Below the pieces are notes generated by a model. It was given only the letters and a program-made list of their open reading frames with translations. It did not search any database and was not told the origin of the DNA. From contig OZ253466.1 of the NCBI GenBank assembly GCA_965261605.1, positions 1,376,819-1,440,818 of the forward strand: DNA of 64,000 nucleotides. Direction: 5' to 3'. Source of the stretch: Dehalococcoidia bacterium. GTDB lineage: Bacteria; Chloroflexota; Dehalococcoidia; Lucifugimonadales; UBA2985. Shown piece by piece: positions 44,416-52,817 of this stretch (position 1 is its first letter; the number at the start of each line of letters is the position of its first letter). The translations under genes were made by a program, and so were the position numbers.

Positions 44416-44910
44416 CTAGGGCGCCAGTGGAAGGCGCCTGACCTTGTCCTCTCCGTCCAGGATTTCCCCGTCCTCCTTGAAGCGCTTGAGGAGGAAGTGG
44501 GTGGACGTGCCGTGCACCTCCTCCAGGGCCGCCAGCTTCTGGGCGACAAAGTTGCCGACCTCGTTCATGGAGCGTCCCACCAGCAGCACGGAGAGGTCGT
44601 AGTCCCCTGACATCAGGTACAGGGAGCGCACCTCCGGGAAGCGTGCTATCCTCTGAGCGATGCTGTCGAAGCCCACGTCTCTCTGGGGAGCGACGCGCAC
44701 CTCCACGTGGGCCATCACCACCTCTTCACCCAGCGACTCCCAGTTCACCAGGGTCTTGTACTTGACTATAGTCTTGTCCCGCTCCGCCTCGGCGATGATT
44801 GCTCTCACCTCCTCCGGCGTCTGCCCCGTCATCTCCGAAATCTCCTCCGGGGTGGCCTTGGCGTTCTGCTCCAGGACTGCCAGGATGTCCTTCATTGATT
44901 CTTGCGTCAC
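44416..44910 (-). CDS. Lrp/AsnC-family transcriptional regulator
   Basis: N-terminal HTH (ILAVLEQNAKATPEEISEMTGQTPEEV) and a C-terminal RAM/AsnC_trans_reg domain (VRSLYLMSGDYDLSVLL). Confidence 0.85.
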   Translation of the reverse strand: MTQESMKDILAVLEQNAKATPEEISEMTGQTPEEVRAIIAEAERDKTIVKYKTLVNWESLGEEVVMAHVEVRVAPQRDVGFDSIAQRIARFPEVRSLYLMSGDYDLSVLLVGRSMNEVGNFVAQKLAALEEVHGTSTHFLLKRFKEDGEILDGEDKVRRLPLAP

Positions 44911-45062
44911 TCTACTGCCGCCTCCAAGTTGTCTTATTGGGAGTCATCTACGATTCTAACCTAGCTCTAGCTTGCCGTCTCGCTCTTATGCCTGATTGAA
45001 GTGGGGTTAACTCCTTAGAGATCCCTGATTTCGGCTTCGCGGTCGCCAATTTGGTGGACAGA

Positions 45063-45575
45063 TCACGCCTCGTCAATTGTCTTCAGAATAGTGGCGGGGA
45101 GATCAGCAATAGCTAGCATATCATCAAGTTTCTTTGTGAGCTTATACGTTACAGATTGTCCCTCAGCCATTCGCACCAGTGTGCCGGCTCTGTTCTCTGC
45201 AACCATTCCCTTACGCCACATGTTGAATACAACTTGTTGCGGGCATATACCTAAACAAAGTAGATAATCGTACCGTCGATCTAAGCGGACGTGGTTGAAT
45301 TGAAACGTCCCATTTGCGCCCAGTGAAGCAGTCTTCACTTCGAATCTTGCATTGTCGATACTGAGGTCGGTCCTGGAAGTTCGGCCGCCGTTGCCAACTG
45401 TAATTCCGTATTGGTCTAAGAATCTCCTAATGAATTCCTCTCCAATCTCTCCCCTATTGGTGTTTCCAAGCATACGATACCCAATTAAGGGAGAATCTCG
45501 CCATATGTCTTCAGGAGCGTGTTCACGAATTATCGTTACAAGTAAATCTACCGGATTCACGACGGAGGCTCCCAA
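45063..45575 (-). CDS. Probable Type II restriction endonuclease (PD-(D/E)xK)
   Basis: TDLSIDNARFEVKTAS has a D...E-x-K arrangement. It overlaps the upstream DNA methyltransferase gene by 19 nt. AT-richer island. Confidence 0.5.
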   Translation of the reverse strand: MGASVVNPVDLLVTIIREHAPEDIWRDSPLIGYRMLGNTNRGEIGEEFIRRFLDQYGITVGNGGRTSRTDLSIDNARFEVKTASLGANGTFQFNHVRLDRRYDYLLCLGICPQQVVFNMWRKGMVAENRAGTLVRMAEGQSVTYKLTKKLDDMLAIADLPATILKTIDEA

Positions 45576-46315
45576 GGGCCACTATAAGAGCCTCGCTTCC
45601 AAAACACAAGGAAGTATGAATGATTCTTCCTAGCATGTACCTGGCGGACAGAACTGCTTACTCCCGGTCGGTTATTGCGGACGACCACAAAGAGGTCCTC
45701 TGCAACGAAGCCCATTTCTTGGTACGCCTGTATGATTTCTACATGTGTGAATCTCTGCCGGTTAGAACACACCTCATCCTGGCACTTGACTATCAGCACT
45801 CCACATTCCCGCAAGACGCGATATGCTTCCTTGCCCGCATCTACGTATAGGGCGAGTACGGCCTCGTGGTATTTCGCTTCAGTGCGATTGCCTGAACCAT
45901 TGTTGCGATAGTGTTCTTCAAACGCCGTATGGGTAGAATGGGCAGAGCCTCCGGGAGAGTGCATATAGGGCGGATCGAGCACCACGCAGTCAATGCTATT
46001 GTCTGTATAAGGCAGATGGCGGCAGTCTACACCCGTCTGAATATCAGTAGGCAAGACCTGATAATGCTCTGGCGGGACGTTCCTCCAAAATGCTCCCCTA
46101 CCATAAGTCACATCTGCTATCTTGCTGCCGACAGGAACGTAAAGCCCCAGAATCTGGGGGAAAACCTTCCCATTGCCATTTGTGTGGGCGGACACCACAA
46201 GGTCATTGGTGGGTTCCCCATTGCGGACAACTCTGGGGGGCGTCACTCCACCCAATTCCTCTTCGCGATCTATCTGGTCCAGATACCGAAGTTGCTCACC
46301 GTTTTGGGGTAGCAT
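45557..46315 (-). CDS. DNA methyltransferase (DPPY motif; N6-adenine or N4-cytosine)
   Basis: ADVTYGRGAFW (SAM-binding-like) precedes VVLDPPYMH (motif IV). The C-terminus is ARKNHSYFLVFWK. Confidence 0.75.
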   Translation of the reverse strand: MLPQNGEQLRYLDQIDREEELGGVTPPRVVRNGEPTNDLVVSAHTNGNGKVFPQILGLYVPVGSKIADVTYGRGAFWRNVPPEHYQVLPTDIQTGVDCRHLPYTDNSIDCVVLDPPYMHSPGGSAHSTHTAFEEHYRNNGSGNRTEAKYHEAVLALYVDAGKEAYRVLRECGVLIVKCQDEVCSNRQRFTHVEIIQAYQEMGFVAEDLFVVVRNNRPGVSSSVRQVHARKNHSYFLVFWKRGSYSGPWEPPS

Positions 46316-46416
46316 TGTGTTAAACCCCCTCTTGCTAGCCTAGTCGACAAATGGCGAGTCAACTGCCTTTTCTAGTACCGCCTGTACCTCTTGTTCGTTT
46401 TTGGGGACTCTTAGCA

Positions 46417-47877
46417 TCACAGCGCCGGCCTCATCTTGTGCCACTCCGTCGCCTGCTCGTAGGCGTAGGCGGCCCGGAGTATTGTCTCCTCACCCAGGGG
46501 TCTGCCCATAATCTGCATCCCCACCGGCAGGCCGTCGACAAACCCGGCGGGAACGGACATTGCGGGTATGCCGGCGATGTTGACGGGTATCGTGCATATG
46601 TCGCTCAGGTACATCTGCACCGGGTCCTCAACCTTCTCGCCCAGCTTGAAGGCGACCGTCGGCGAGACCGGGGTCACCAGGATATCGTACTTCTGGAACG
46701 CCTCCTGGAACTCGCGGCTGATGAGGGTGCGCACCTTCTGCGCTTTCAGGTAGTAGGCGTCGTAGTACCCCGCCGAGAGGGCGTAGGTGCCCAGCATAAT
46801 GCGGCGCTTCACCTCAGGGCCGAATCCGTGCTGCTTGGTCTGCTCCATTGCCTCCCACATACTGCCCGCGTCCTGGCTGGAGTAGCCGTACTTCACGCCG
46901 TCGTAGCGCGCCAGGTTGGCCGACGCCTCCGAGGGCGCCAGGATGTAGTACACGGCCAGGGCGTACATTGTGTGGGGCAGCGATGTCTCCTCCACCGTCG
47001 CGCCAAGCTCCTCAAGCTGCGCCAGCGCCTTCCGAAGGGTGTCCGCCACTTCGCCGTCGATGCCCTCGCCGTAGTACTCCTTTGGCACGCCCACCCTCAT
47101 GCCCTTGATGTCGGCCTTCAGGGCCGCTGTGTAGTCCGGTGCCTGTCGCGGTATGGATGTGGAGTCCTTGGGGTCGTGGCCGGCGATGGCGTTGAGCACC
47201 AGGGCGCAGTCGGTGACGTCCCTGGTCATAGGGCCGATCTGGTCAAGAGAACTGGCGAAGGCCACCAGCCCGTAGCGGCTCACCAAGCCGTAGGTTGGCT
47301 TCATCCCGACAATGCCGCACAGGGCGGCGGGCTGTCGGATGCTGCCTCCGGTGTCGGAGCCAAGAGCATAGAAGCACTCCCCAGAGGCCACCGCCGCTGC
47401 CGGACCGCCGCTGCTGCCGCCGGGAACGCGCTCAAGGTCCCAGGGATTGTGAGTTGGGAAGAAGGCCGAGTTCTCCGTGGAGGATCCCATCGCGAACTCG
47501 TCCATGTTCCCCTTGCCCACCACCACTGCGCGCTGGGCCTGCAGCCGCTCGACCACGGTGGCGTTGTACGGGGGCACGAAACTCTCCAGCATACGAGAGG
47601 AGCAGGTGGTGGGAACGCCGCGGGTGCACATGTTGTCCTTGACCTGCATGGGGATACCGGTCAGGGGCGCGCCCAGTCCCTGGGCAATAGCCTCGTCGGC
47701 CTGGCGCGCCTGGTCAAGGGCGGCCTCGCCCGTAACTGTGACGAAAGCGCTGACCCGAGAGTCCACTTCCTCGATTCGTCCCAAAGCAGCCTGCGTAAGC
47801 TCTTGAGAGGAGACCTGGCGGCTCTCCAGAAGCTCGCGGGCCTCGTGGAGTGTGAGGTTGAAGAGGCCGTCGGACAT
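46417..47877 (-). CDS. gatA: Asp-tRNA(Asn)/Glu-tRNA(Gln) amidotransferase subunit A
   Basis: The start is set at ATG 47877 ([17 protein letters not shown]...). Amidase signature [12 protein letters not shown]...[12 protein letters not shown]. The ORF-track extension to 48513 is a translation of repeats. Confidence 0.95.
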   Translation of the reverse strand: MSDGLFNLTLHEARELLESRQVSSQELTQAALGRIEEVDSRVSAFVTVTGEAALDQARQADEAIAQGLGAPLTGIPMQVKDNMCTRGVPTTCSSRMLESFVPPYNATVVERLQAQRAVVVGKGNMDEFAMGSSTENSAFFPTHNPWDLERVPGGSSGGPAAAVASGECFYALGSDTGGSIRQPAALCGIVGMKPTYGLVSRYGLVAFASSLDQIGPMTRDVTDCALVLNAIAGHDPKDSTSIPRQAPDYTAALKADIKGMRVGVPKEYYGEGIDGEVADTLRKALAQLEELGATVEETSLPHTMYALAVYYILAPSEASANLARYDGVKYGYSSQDAGSMWEAMEQTKQHGFGPEVKRRIMLGTYALSAGYYDAYYLKAQKVRTLISREFQEAFQKYDILVTPVSPTVAFKLGEKVEDPVQMYLSDICTIPVNIAGIPAMSVPAGFVDGLPVGMQIMGRPLGEETILRAAYAYEQATEWHKMRPAL

Positions 47878-48173
47878 TATTCCAGCACCGCCTTGACGCG
47901 GAAGAAGTCGTCCTCTCTCAGCGGAGCGTTGGCCAGCGTGTCCTCCTTGGAAAAGGGTGCGATGGGCTCGTCCTCGCGCATCACGTTCTGGAGGGTCACC
48001 GAGTGGCCGGTAGGAGGAACATCGTTGGTATCCACCTGATCGAGCACCTGGAAGTTCTCCAGGATGTCCGACAGCTGATGGCGAAACCTTTCGGTATCCT
48101 CCTCGCTCAACCCCAGGCGACAGAGAAGCGCCATGTGCTGAACTTCGTCCGGGCTGAGTCTGGGAGAAGTCAT
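47877..48173 (-). CDS. gatC: Asp-tRNA(Asn)/Glu-tRNA(Gln) amidotransferase subunit C
   Basis: [39 protein letters not shown] is typical GatC. Its TAA overlaps the gatA ATG (TAATG). Confidence 0.9.
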   Translation of the reverse strand: MTSPRLSPDEVQHMALLCRLGLSEEDTERFRHQLSDILENFQVLDQVDTNDVPPTGHSVTLQNVMREDEPIAPFSKEDTLANAPLREDDFFRVKAVLE

Positions 48174-48239
48174 GATTACGTACCGTTCCAAAGGGAGATA
48201 GGCCAAGTGTAGCAAAGAGACCCACCAGCTTCAAGGGGC

Positions 48240-48900
48240 GATGGCGCAGGGGGGACTCCTGCCCTCCGTCATTCCCGCCCACGAGCGGGAATCCAGGCGT
48301 GGGGGCTGGGATGGGCTCCCGTCTGCACGGGAGCGACGGAGTATCGTCCGTCATTCTGAGGAGCGCAGCGACGAAGAGTCCCAGGCATTGCTCGTCTGCC
48401 TCCATCTCACATCCAGAGTCGGTTGCCCAGCGCGATGTAGGGGCGGTTCGCGAACCGCCCCTACGCGGTTCCATCGTCATTCGCGCCCCCGCATCGGAGT
48501 ACGGGGCAGGCACAGAGAATCCAGGGAAGAGATGTAGGCAATGGCGGTGGCCTTGGATTCTTCACTGCGTTCAGAATGACAGGACCCCGCGACCATTCCT
48601 GCGGACTCCGGCCCTCCGTCACTCCCGCCCACGAGCGGGAACCCAGGCGTGGGGGCGGGGATGGGCTCCCGTCTGCACGGGAGCGACGGAGTGTCGTCCG
48701 TCATTCTGAGGAGCGCAGCGAGGAAGAATCCCAGGCTGTGCTCGGCTGCCTCCGTTTCACATCCAAAGTCGGTTGCCCAGCGCGATGTAGGGGCGGTTCG
48801 CGAACCGCCCCTACGCGGTTCCATCGTCATTCGCGCCCCCGCATTGGGCATCCAAGTGAGCGGAGGGGTTTGTACGGGCAAGACGAACGCCCCGACCCCT
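48240..48900. repeat. Array of modular palindromic repeats, including two 233-bp near-identical composite copies (48262-48494 and 48612-48844)
   Basis: Units read directly:
- gtcattcccgcccacgagcgggaatcc
- ggctcccgtctgcacgggagc
- cgtcattctgaggagcgcagcgacgaagag
- ggggcggttcgcgaaccgcccc (perfect palindrome)
- cccccgcatcggagtacgggg. Confidence 0.9.
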
Positions 48901-48999
48901 TCCGGCTTCTTGACAGATGTGGTTCAATATTAGAGATGTATAGCCCCTGTTTTGCACCGCGAGACAGGGCCGTAGGAGACTTTCCAGAGGAGTCTATAG

Positions 49000-51783
49000 A
49001 TGCGAAATGTAAATTCCCATTTCTCGGTAGTCGCGCTGTCCGCTCAGTCCCAGTGGCGCAGTAGTTGGACCGGGCGCATAATCCTCGTTGCTCTGCTCAT
49101 TGCGGCCTCCGCCATTGCCCTTATGCCGGACCGTACTTCCGCGCACCACACCATGGAGACTACGTACGCTACCCACTGTCAGAGCATAGATGATGTTGAT
49201 GAGAATCAAAATCAAGGATCCCTAGTGTCCAGTCTCGCGACCAGCGCCTTCATAAGCGATTGTATCGCGCTGCTCAAGGCAACAGAGAAGCTGATTGTAG
49301 GTGACGATACCAGAATCAGTTGGCTGACTACGACAGAACAATTCCTGCCAACTCTGACTGCGCGCCCTATGGGTGCCAGCGATTGGCAGGGAGTCGGGAT
49401 CGAGGAAGTCGGCGAGGCCCCCAACCAGGAGTACAGGATCACCCGGGTTAATCTCTCCGACGCGGACTTGAGCGGAGAGCTTGCGCCGGAGTGGGCCGAG
49501 CTGACCGCATTGACATCCCTGAATCTATCGGGCAACCGCCTGGGCAAGGATGACAACGGCGTGGCAGTCCCTCTCCCGTTGAGTGTGCAAACCTTCCTTG
49601 ACAACCTGGAAGCCGTCAATCTTGACGGCAACAAGGACCTGCCGCCGTCGGCTCCTCTTCAGCTGAGCGCTGCCGCGTCGAAGACAGCCGATGGTGAACC
49701 GCAGGTCACATTATCATTCGACAACATCTGGTACACGCTGGAGGTCTCGAAGCATGAGTACCGGTACAGCGTGAACGGCGGGTCCACATGGGGCCCGGAC
49801 AACGCCGTGGACAACGGTGGTTGGATGACCGCTGCGACCGGCTGCACCGACCCCGCGGACTCAGTCGAGACTCCCGGCATTGACCCCGGCGCTCCGGTCC
49901 TTTGTGAAAAGGACGACGGCGGGACGCCTCCCGCACGCAATAGAAGTACGATTGAATCCGGGGCGCTCCCCAAGTCCGACACCTACGTCTTCCAGGTGCG
50001 TGCGGTGAAGGACATAGTGACAATCACCGACGACAAAGGAAACACTGACCCAGCGGACGACGAAACGGAAACCACTACCACAAGGAGCGAGGTGTCCCAG
50101 ATTGACGTGGTGGGGCCGCAGATTTTGACCGCTGAGTCCGACTTCCTCCTCGAACTGGGAGTGATGTACACGGTGACCGACCCCAAACCGGACGCGGCCG
50201 TCCTCGTGGTCGAAAGCAGGGACAACGGACTTCAGTTCACCCCCAAGGCCCCCACCGGTGGGAATGACGTAACCGTAAATCTCACTCAGCCAACCGCCGA
50301 TGTCAGTGATTCCCAGGGCGTGGTGATCGGTCATGCCGGCGGCTCCCTCAGCTTCCCGGTGGACATCAAGCCGGCATCCGGCGCGCCCACGACAATCAAC
50401 ATACCCAACCAATCGATCTTGAGGGGTGGGCAGCCCACTCGCTTGAACCTTGCCAGTCTTTTCCAGCGTGAGGACCTGATCTACGCCGCTACGTCCTCCA
50501 GGGAAAACTTCGCCACCGTTGAAGTCGACCAGGAGACACAGGAGTTGGTGATTACCACCCTGCGCGCAGGCGTGACGGTCATTACAGTGACCGCCACAGA
50601 CGTGAACAGGGGAAAGGCCACCGATACCTTCAGGTTGACGGTCGTGTCGCCCAACAAACCTCCTGAGGTGGTAGGCAACGTGCCGGACCAGACGCTGTTC
50701 CTGGACGACGCTGGTACGCAGCTGGACATGACCCCATATTTCCGCGACGGGGACGGCGACTTACTGCGCTTCATACCACAATCGTCCAACCCCAGGGTGG
50801 TGACGGCATCTTCGTCAGGCGGCGCCATAACTTTCAACGTCATCGGCCTTGGCGAAGCAAGGATGACGGTGCTCGCTGAGGACCCGGAGGGAGTGACGGC
50901 CTTCGTCACATTCACGGTGACGGTGCTGCCGCCCAACATCGCTCCGGAGGCCGTGGGCGAGATCCCGGCCCAGACGCTCCGGTTGGGCGATCCCGCTATG
51001 GCCCTGAACCTTGCCCCCTTCTTCACGGACGCCGACGGAGACCCACTGACCTTTACGACGGTGACGGCTGACGGGTCCATACTAACGGTGGATATTGCGG
51101 GCAGCGTTGTAACCATGACGGCGGTGGCAGCAGGAGAGACCACAATGACCGTTACGGCCACCGATCCTCGCGGCGAATCCGCCATGCAAAAAATTGCGGT
51201 AACGGCGCTGCCGGCCAACAGGCCGCCGGAGGCCGTGGGGTCCATTGGGCGCCAGGTGTTGGTGGAGGGCGGCAATCCGATGAACATAGATGTGGCAGAG
51301 TACTTCAACGACCCCGACGGCGACGCCCTCACCTACACGGCTGAATCGTCCAGCACCAGAGCGGTGTGGGCCGAGATTGCCGACGGGAGCAGCACGCTGG
51401 CGCTTACACCCCTTGCTCATGCAGAGGGAGTAACCGTGACCGTGACAGCGATGGATGGCGACGGGGAGTCGGTCATGCAGGCATTCATAGTGACTGTAGC
51501 AGCGGCGTCCGGGCCTGCAATCCCAACCCCGACGACCATGCCGGGGACGGTGGCCACGCTGACCCCCACGCAGATGCCCGCGCCGACATCAAGTCCTGAA
51601 TCGCCGGCAAGCCCCGAGCCGACGTCAGGGCCTGAGGCCACGGCGACGCCTCCGCCGGACGAGGGCGGGGGGTTCCCGGTGGGATTGATCCTGGTGCTCC
51701 TGCTGGTGGTGGCAGGTGCAGGTGCGGCGGTGTTCATTATCCGGCGGCGTGGTAGTACAGGCCCGCCGGCACAGCCGATCTAA
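49000..51783 (+). CDS. Large cell-surface protein: signal/anchor, LRR-like segment, four to five roughly 95-aa Ig/cadherin-like repeats, Pro/Thr-rich stalk, C-terminal TM anchor
   Basis: - N-terminus: hydrophobic stretch RIILVALLIAASAIAL
- LRR-like: NLSDADLSGELAPEWAELTALTSLNLSGNRLG
- Repeats: NxPPExVGxIPxQTL...L..YFxDxDGDxLT(F/Y)...VTVTAxDxxGxS
- C-terminus: GLILVLLLVVAGAGAAVFIIRRRG. Confidence 0.75.
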   Translation: MRNVNSHFSVVALSAQSQWRSSWTGRIILVALLIAASAIALMPDRTSAHHTMETTYATHCQSIDDVDENQNQGSLVSSLATSAFISDCIALLKATEKLIVGDDTRISWLTTTEQFLPTLTARPMGASDWQGVGIEEVGEAPNQEYRITRVNLSDADLSGELAPEWAELTALTSLNLSGNRLGKDDNGVAVPLPLSVQTFLDNLEAVNLDGNKDLPPSAPLQLSAAASKTADGEPQVTLSFDNIWYTLEVSKHEYRYSVNGGSTWGPDNAVDNGGWMTAATGCTDPADSVETPGIDPGAPVLCEKDDGGTPPARNRSTIESGALPKSDTYVFQVRAVKDIVTITDDKGNTDPADDETETTTTRSEVSQIDVVGPQILTAESDFLLELGVMYTVTDPKPDAAVLVVESRDNGLQFTPKAPTGGNDVTVNLTQPTADVSDSQGVVIGHAGGSLSFPVDIKPASGAPTTINIPNQSILRGGQPTRLNLASLFQREDLIYAATSSRENFATVEVDQETQELVITTLRAGVTVITVTATDVNRGKATDTFRLTVVSPNKPPEVVGNVPDQTLFLDDAGTQLDMTPYFRDGDGDLLRFIPQSSNPRVVTASSSGGAITFNVIGLGEARMTVLAEDPEGVTAFVTFTVTVLPPNIAPEAVGEIPAQTLRLGDPAMALNLAPFFTDADGDPLTFTTVTADGSILTVDIAGSVVTMTAVAAGETTMTVTATDPRGESAMQKIAVTALPANRPPEAVGSIGRQVLVEGGNPMNIDVAEYFNDPDGDALTYTAESSSTRAVWAEIADGSSTLALTPLAHAEGVTVTVTAMDGDGESVMQAFIVTVAAASGPAIPTPTTMPGTVATLTPTQMPAPTSSPESPASPEPTSGPEATATPPPDEGGGFPVGLILVLLLVVAGAGAAVFIIRRRGSTGPPAQPI

Positions 51784-51784
51784 G

Positions 51785-52575
51785 CGACTAACAGGCCCGC
51801 CGGCCAGTGGATTGACGTAATGCAGGGGCGGTTCTCGAACCGCCCCTGCGAAATCCCATCGTCATTCCCGCCCCCGTATCGGAGTACGGGGCAGGCCCCG
51901 AGCGGGAATCCAGGGATGCCGGGGGGATGGGGCTCCCGTCTTCACGGGAGCGACGATGAGACGTCATGCCCGTGCAGACGCGCGCGCCCTCTGTCATTCT
52001 GAGGAGTGAAGCGACGAAGAATCCCAAGCAATGCTTGACTGCCGCGCTTGCATCCTGACAATCAAGGCTCGCAGGTAGTACGCCGACCCGGAGAATCTCT
52101 CGTGGGTAGACCTGAGCGCTTGAGCGGTCGGACGGCTCTGGATTCTTCACTGCGTTCAGAATGACAGAGTGCGCGCGGCGTTTGTCATTCTGAGGAGTGA
52201 AGCGACGAAGAATCCCAAGCGTTGCTCGGCTGCTGCGCTTGCATCCTGACAATCGAGTCTGACGGCACTACGAAGACTCGGAAAATCCCTTGTGGGTAGA
52301 CCTGAGCGCTTAAGCAGTCGGACGGCTCTGGATTCTTCACTGCGTTCAGAATGACAGAGTTCGCGCGGCGTTTGTCATTCTGAGGAGTGAAGCGACGAAG
52401 AATCCCAAGCGTTGCTCGGCTGCTGCCATTTCACATCCAAAGTTGGTTTCCCAGCGCGATGCAGGGGCGGTTCGCGAACCGCCCCTACGAGGTCCCGTCG
52501 TCATTCCCGCCCCCGAGCGGGAATCCAGGGGCGATGCGGGTATGGGCTCCCGTCTACACGGGAGCGACAACTCCC
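51785..52575. repeat. Array of the same palindromic units, including a roughly 190-bp composite unit in tandem (starts at 51992, 52183 and 52373)
   Basis: tgtcattctgaggagtgaagcgacgaagaatcccaagc...gtgggtagacctgagcgct...ggattcttcactgcgttcagaatgaca repeats with a period of 190-191 bp. The flanks carry ggggcggttc(t/g)cgaaccgcccc and gcgggaatcc units. Confidence 0.9.
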
Positions 52576-52580
52576 CGCTC

Positions 52581-52793
52581 CTACGTCCAGACGGCCGTGA
52601 CCACCGCGTCCAGGGGGTTGGTGGAGTCAAAGAGGATGACCGCGCACTTGCTGCCGGTCCTCATCCTTGTAGTGGATATGTTTCGGGCCACCGGCACGCC
52701 GTGAAGCCACGTTGCCAGGCTCCCGGCTATCTGCACGCTTGCGGTGTAGCTGTTGCGGTCGAAGCTCCTGACGAAGCCCCTTCTTATCTCCAT
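52581..52793 (-). CDS. Small phage-like protein resembling the OB-fold N-domain of baseplate spike proteins (gpV/gp5-like)
   Basis: RRGFVRSFDRNSYTASVQIAGS...LHGVPVAR...GSKCAVILFDSTNPLDAVVTAVW follows the G-x-V...D...V-x-V...G...V-x-V-x-F...P-x-V pattern of spike OB domains. Confidence 0.4.
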   Translation of the reverse strand: MEIRRGFVRSFDRNSYTASVQIAGSLATWLHGVPVARNISTTRMRTGSKCAVILFDSTNPLDAVVTAVWT

Positions 52794-52817
52794 TCCTGTT
52801 TCTCCCTTGACGCGGCT

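Noticed and set aside
49000-51783. Diversity-generating retroelement or other hypervariation system acting on the repetitive surface protein.
   Set aside because: The window contains no reverse transcriptase and no template/variable repeat pair with adenine-specific differences. The internal repeats are ordinary diverged domain repeats.
51992-52410. Possible CRISPR array suggested by the regularly spaced gtcattctgagg... repeats.
   Set aside because: The period is about 190 bp, far larger than CRISPR spacing. The inter-repeat sequences are themselves conserved between units. Each repeat has an inverted partner. No cas genes are present in the window.
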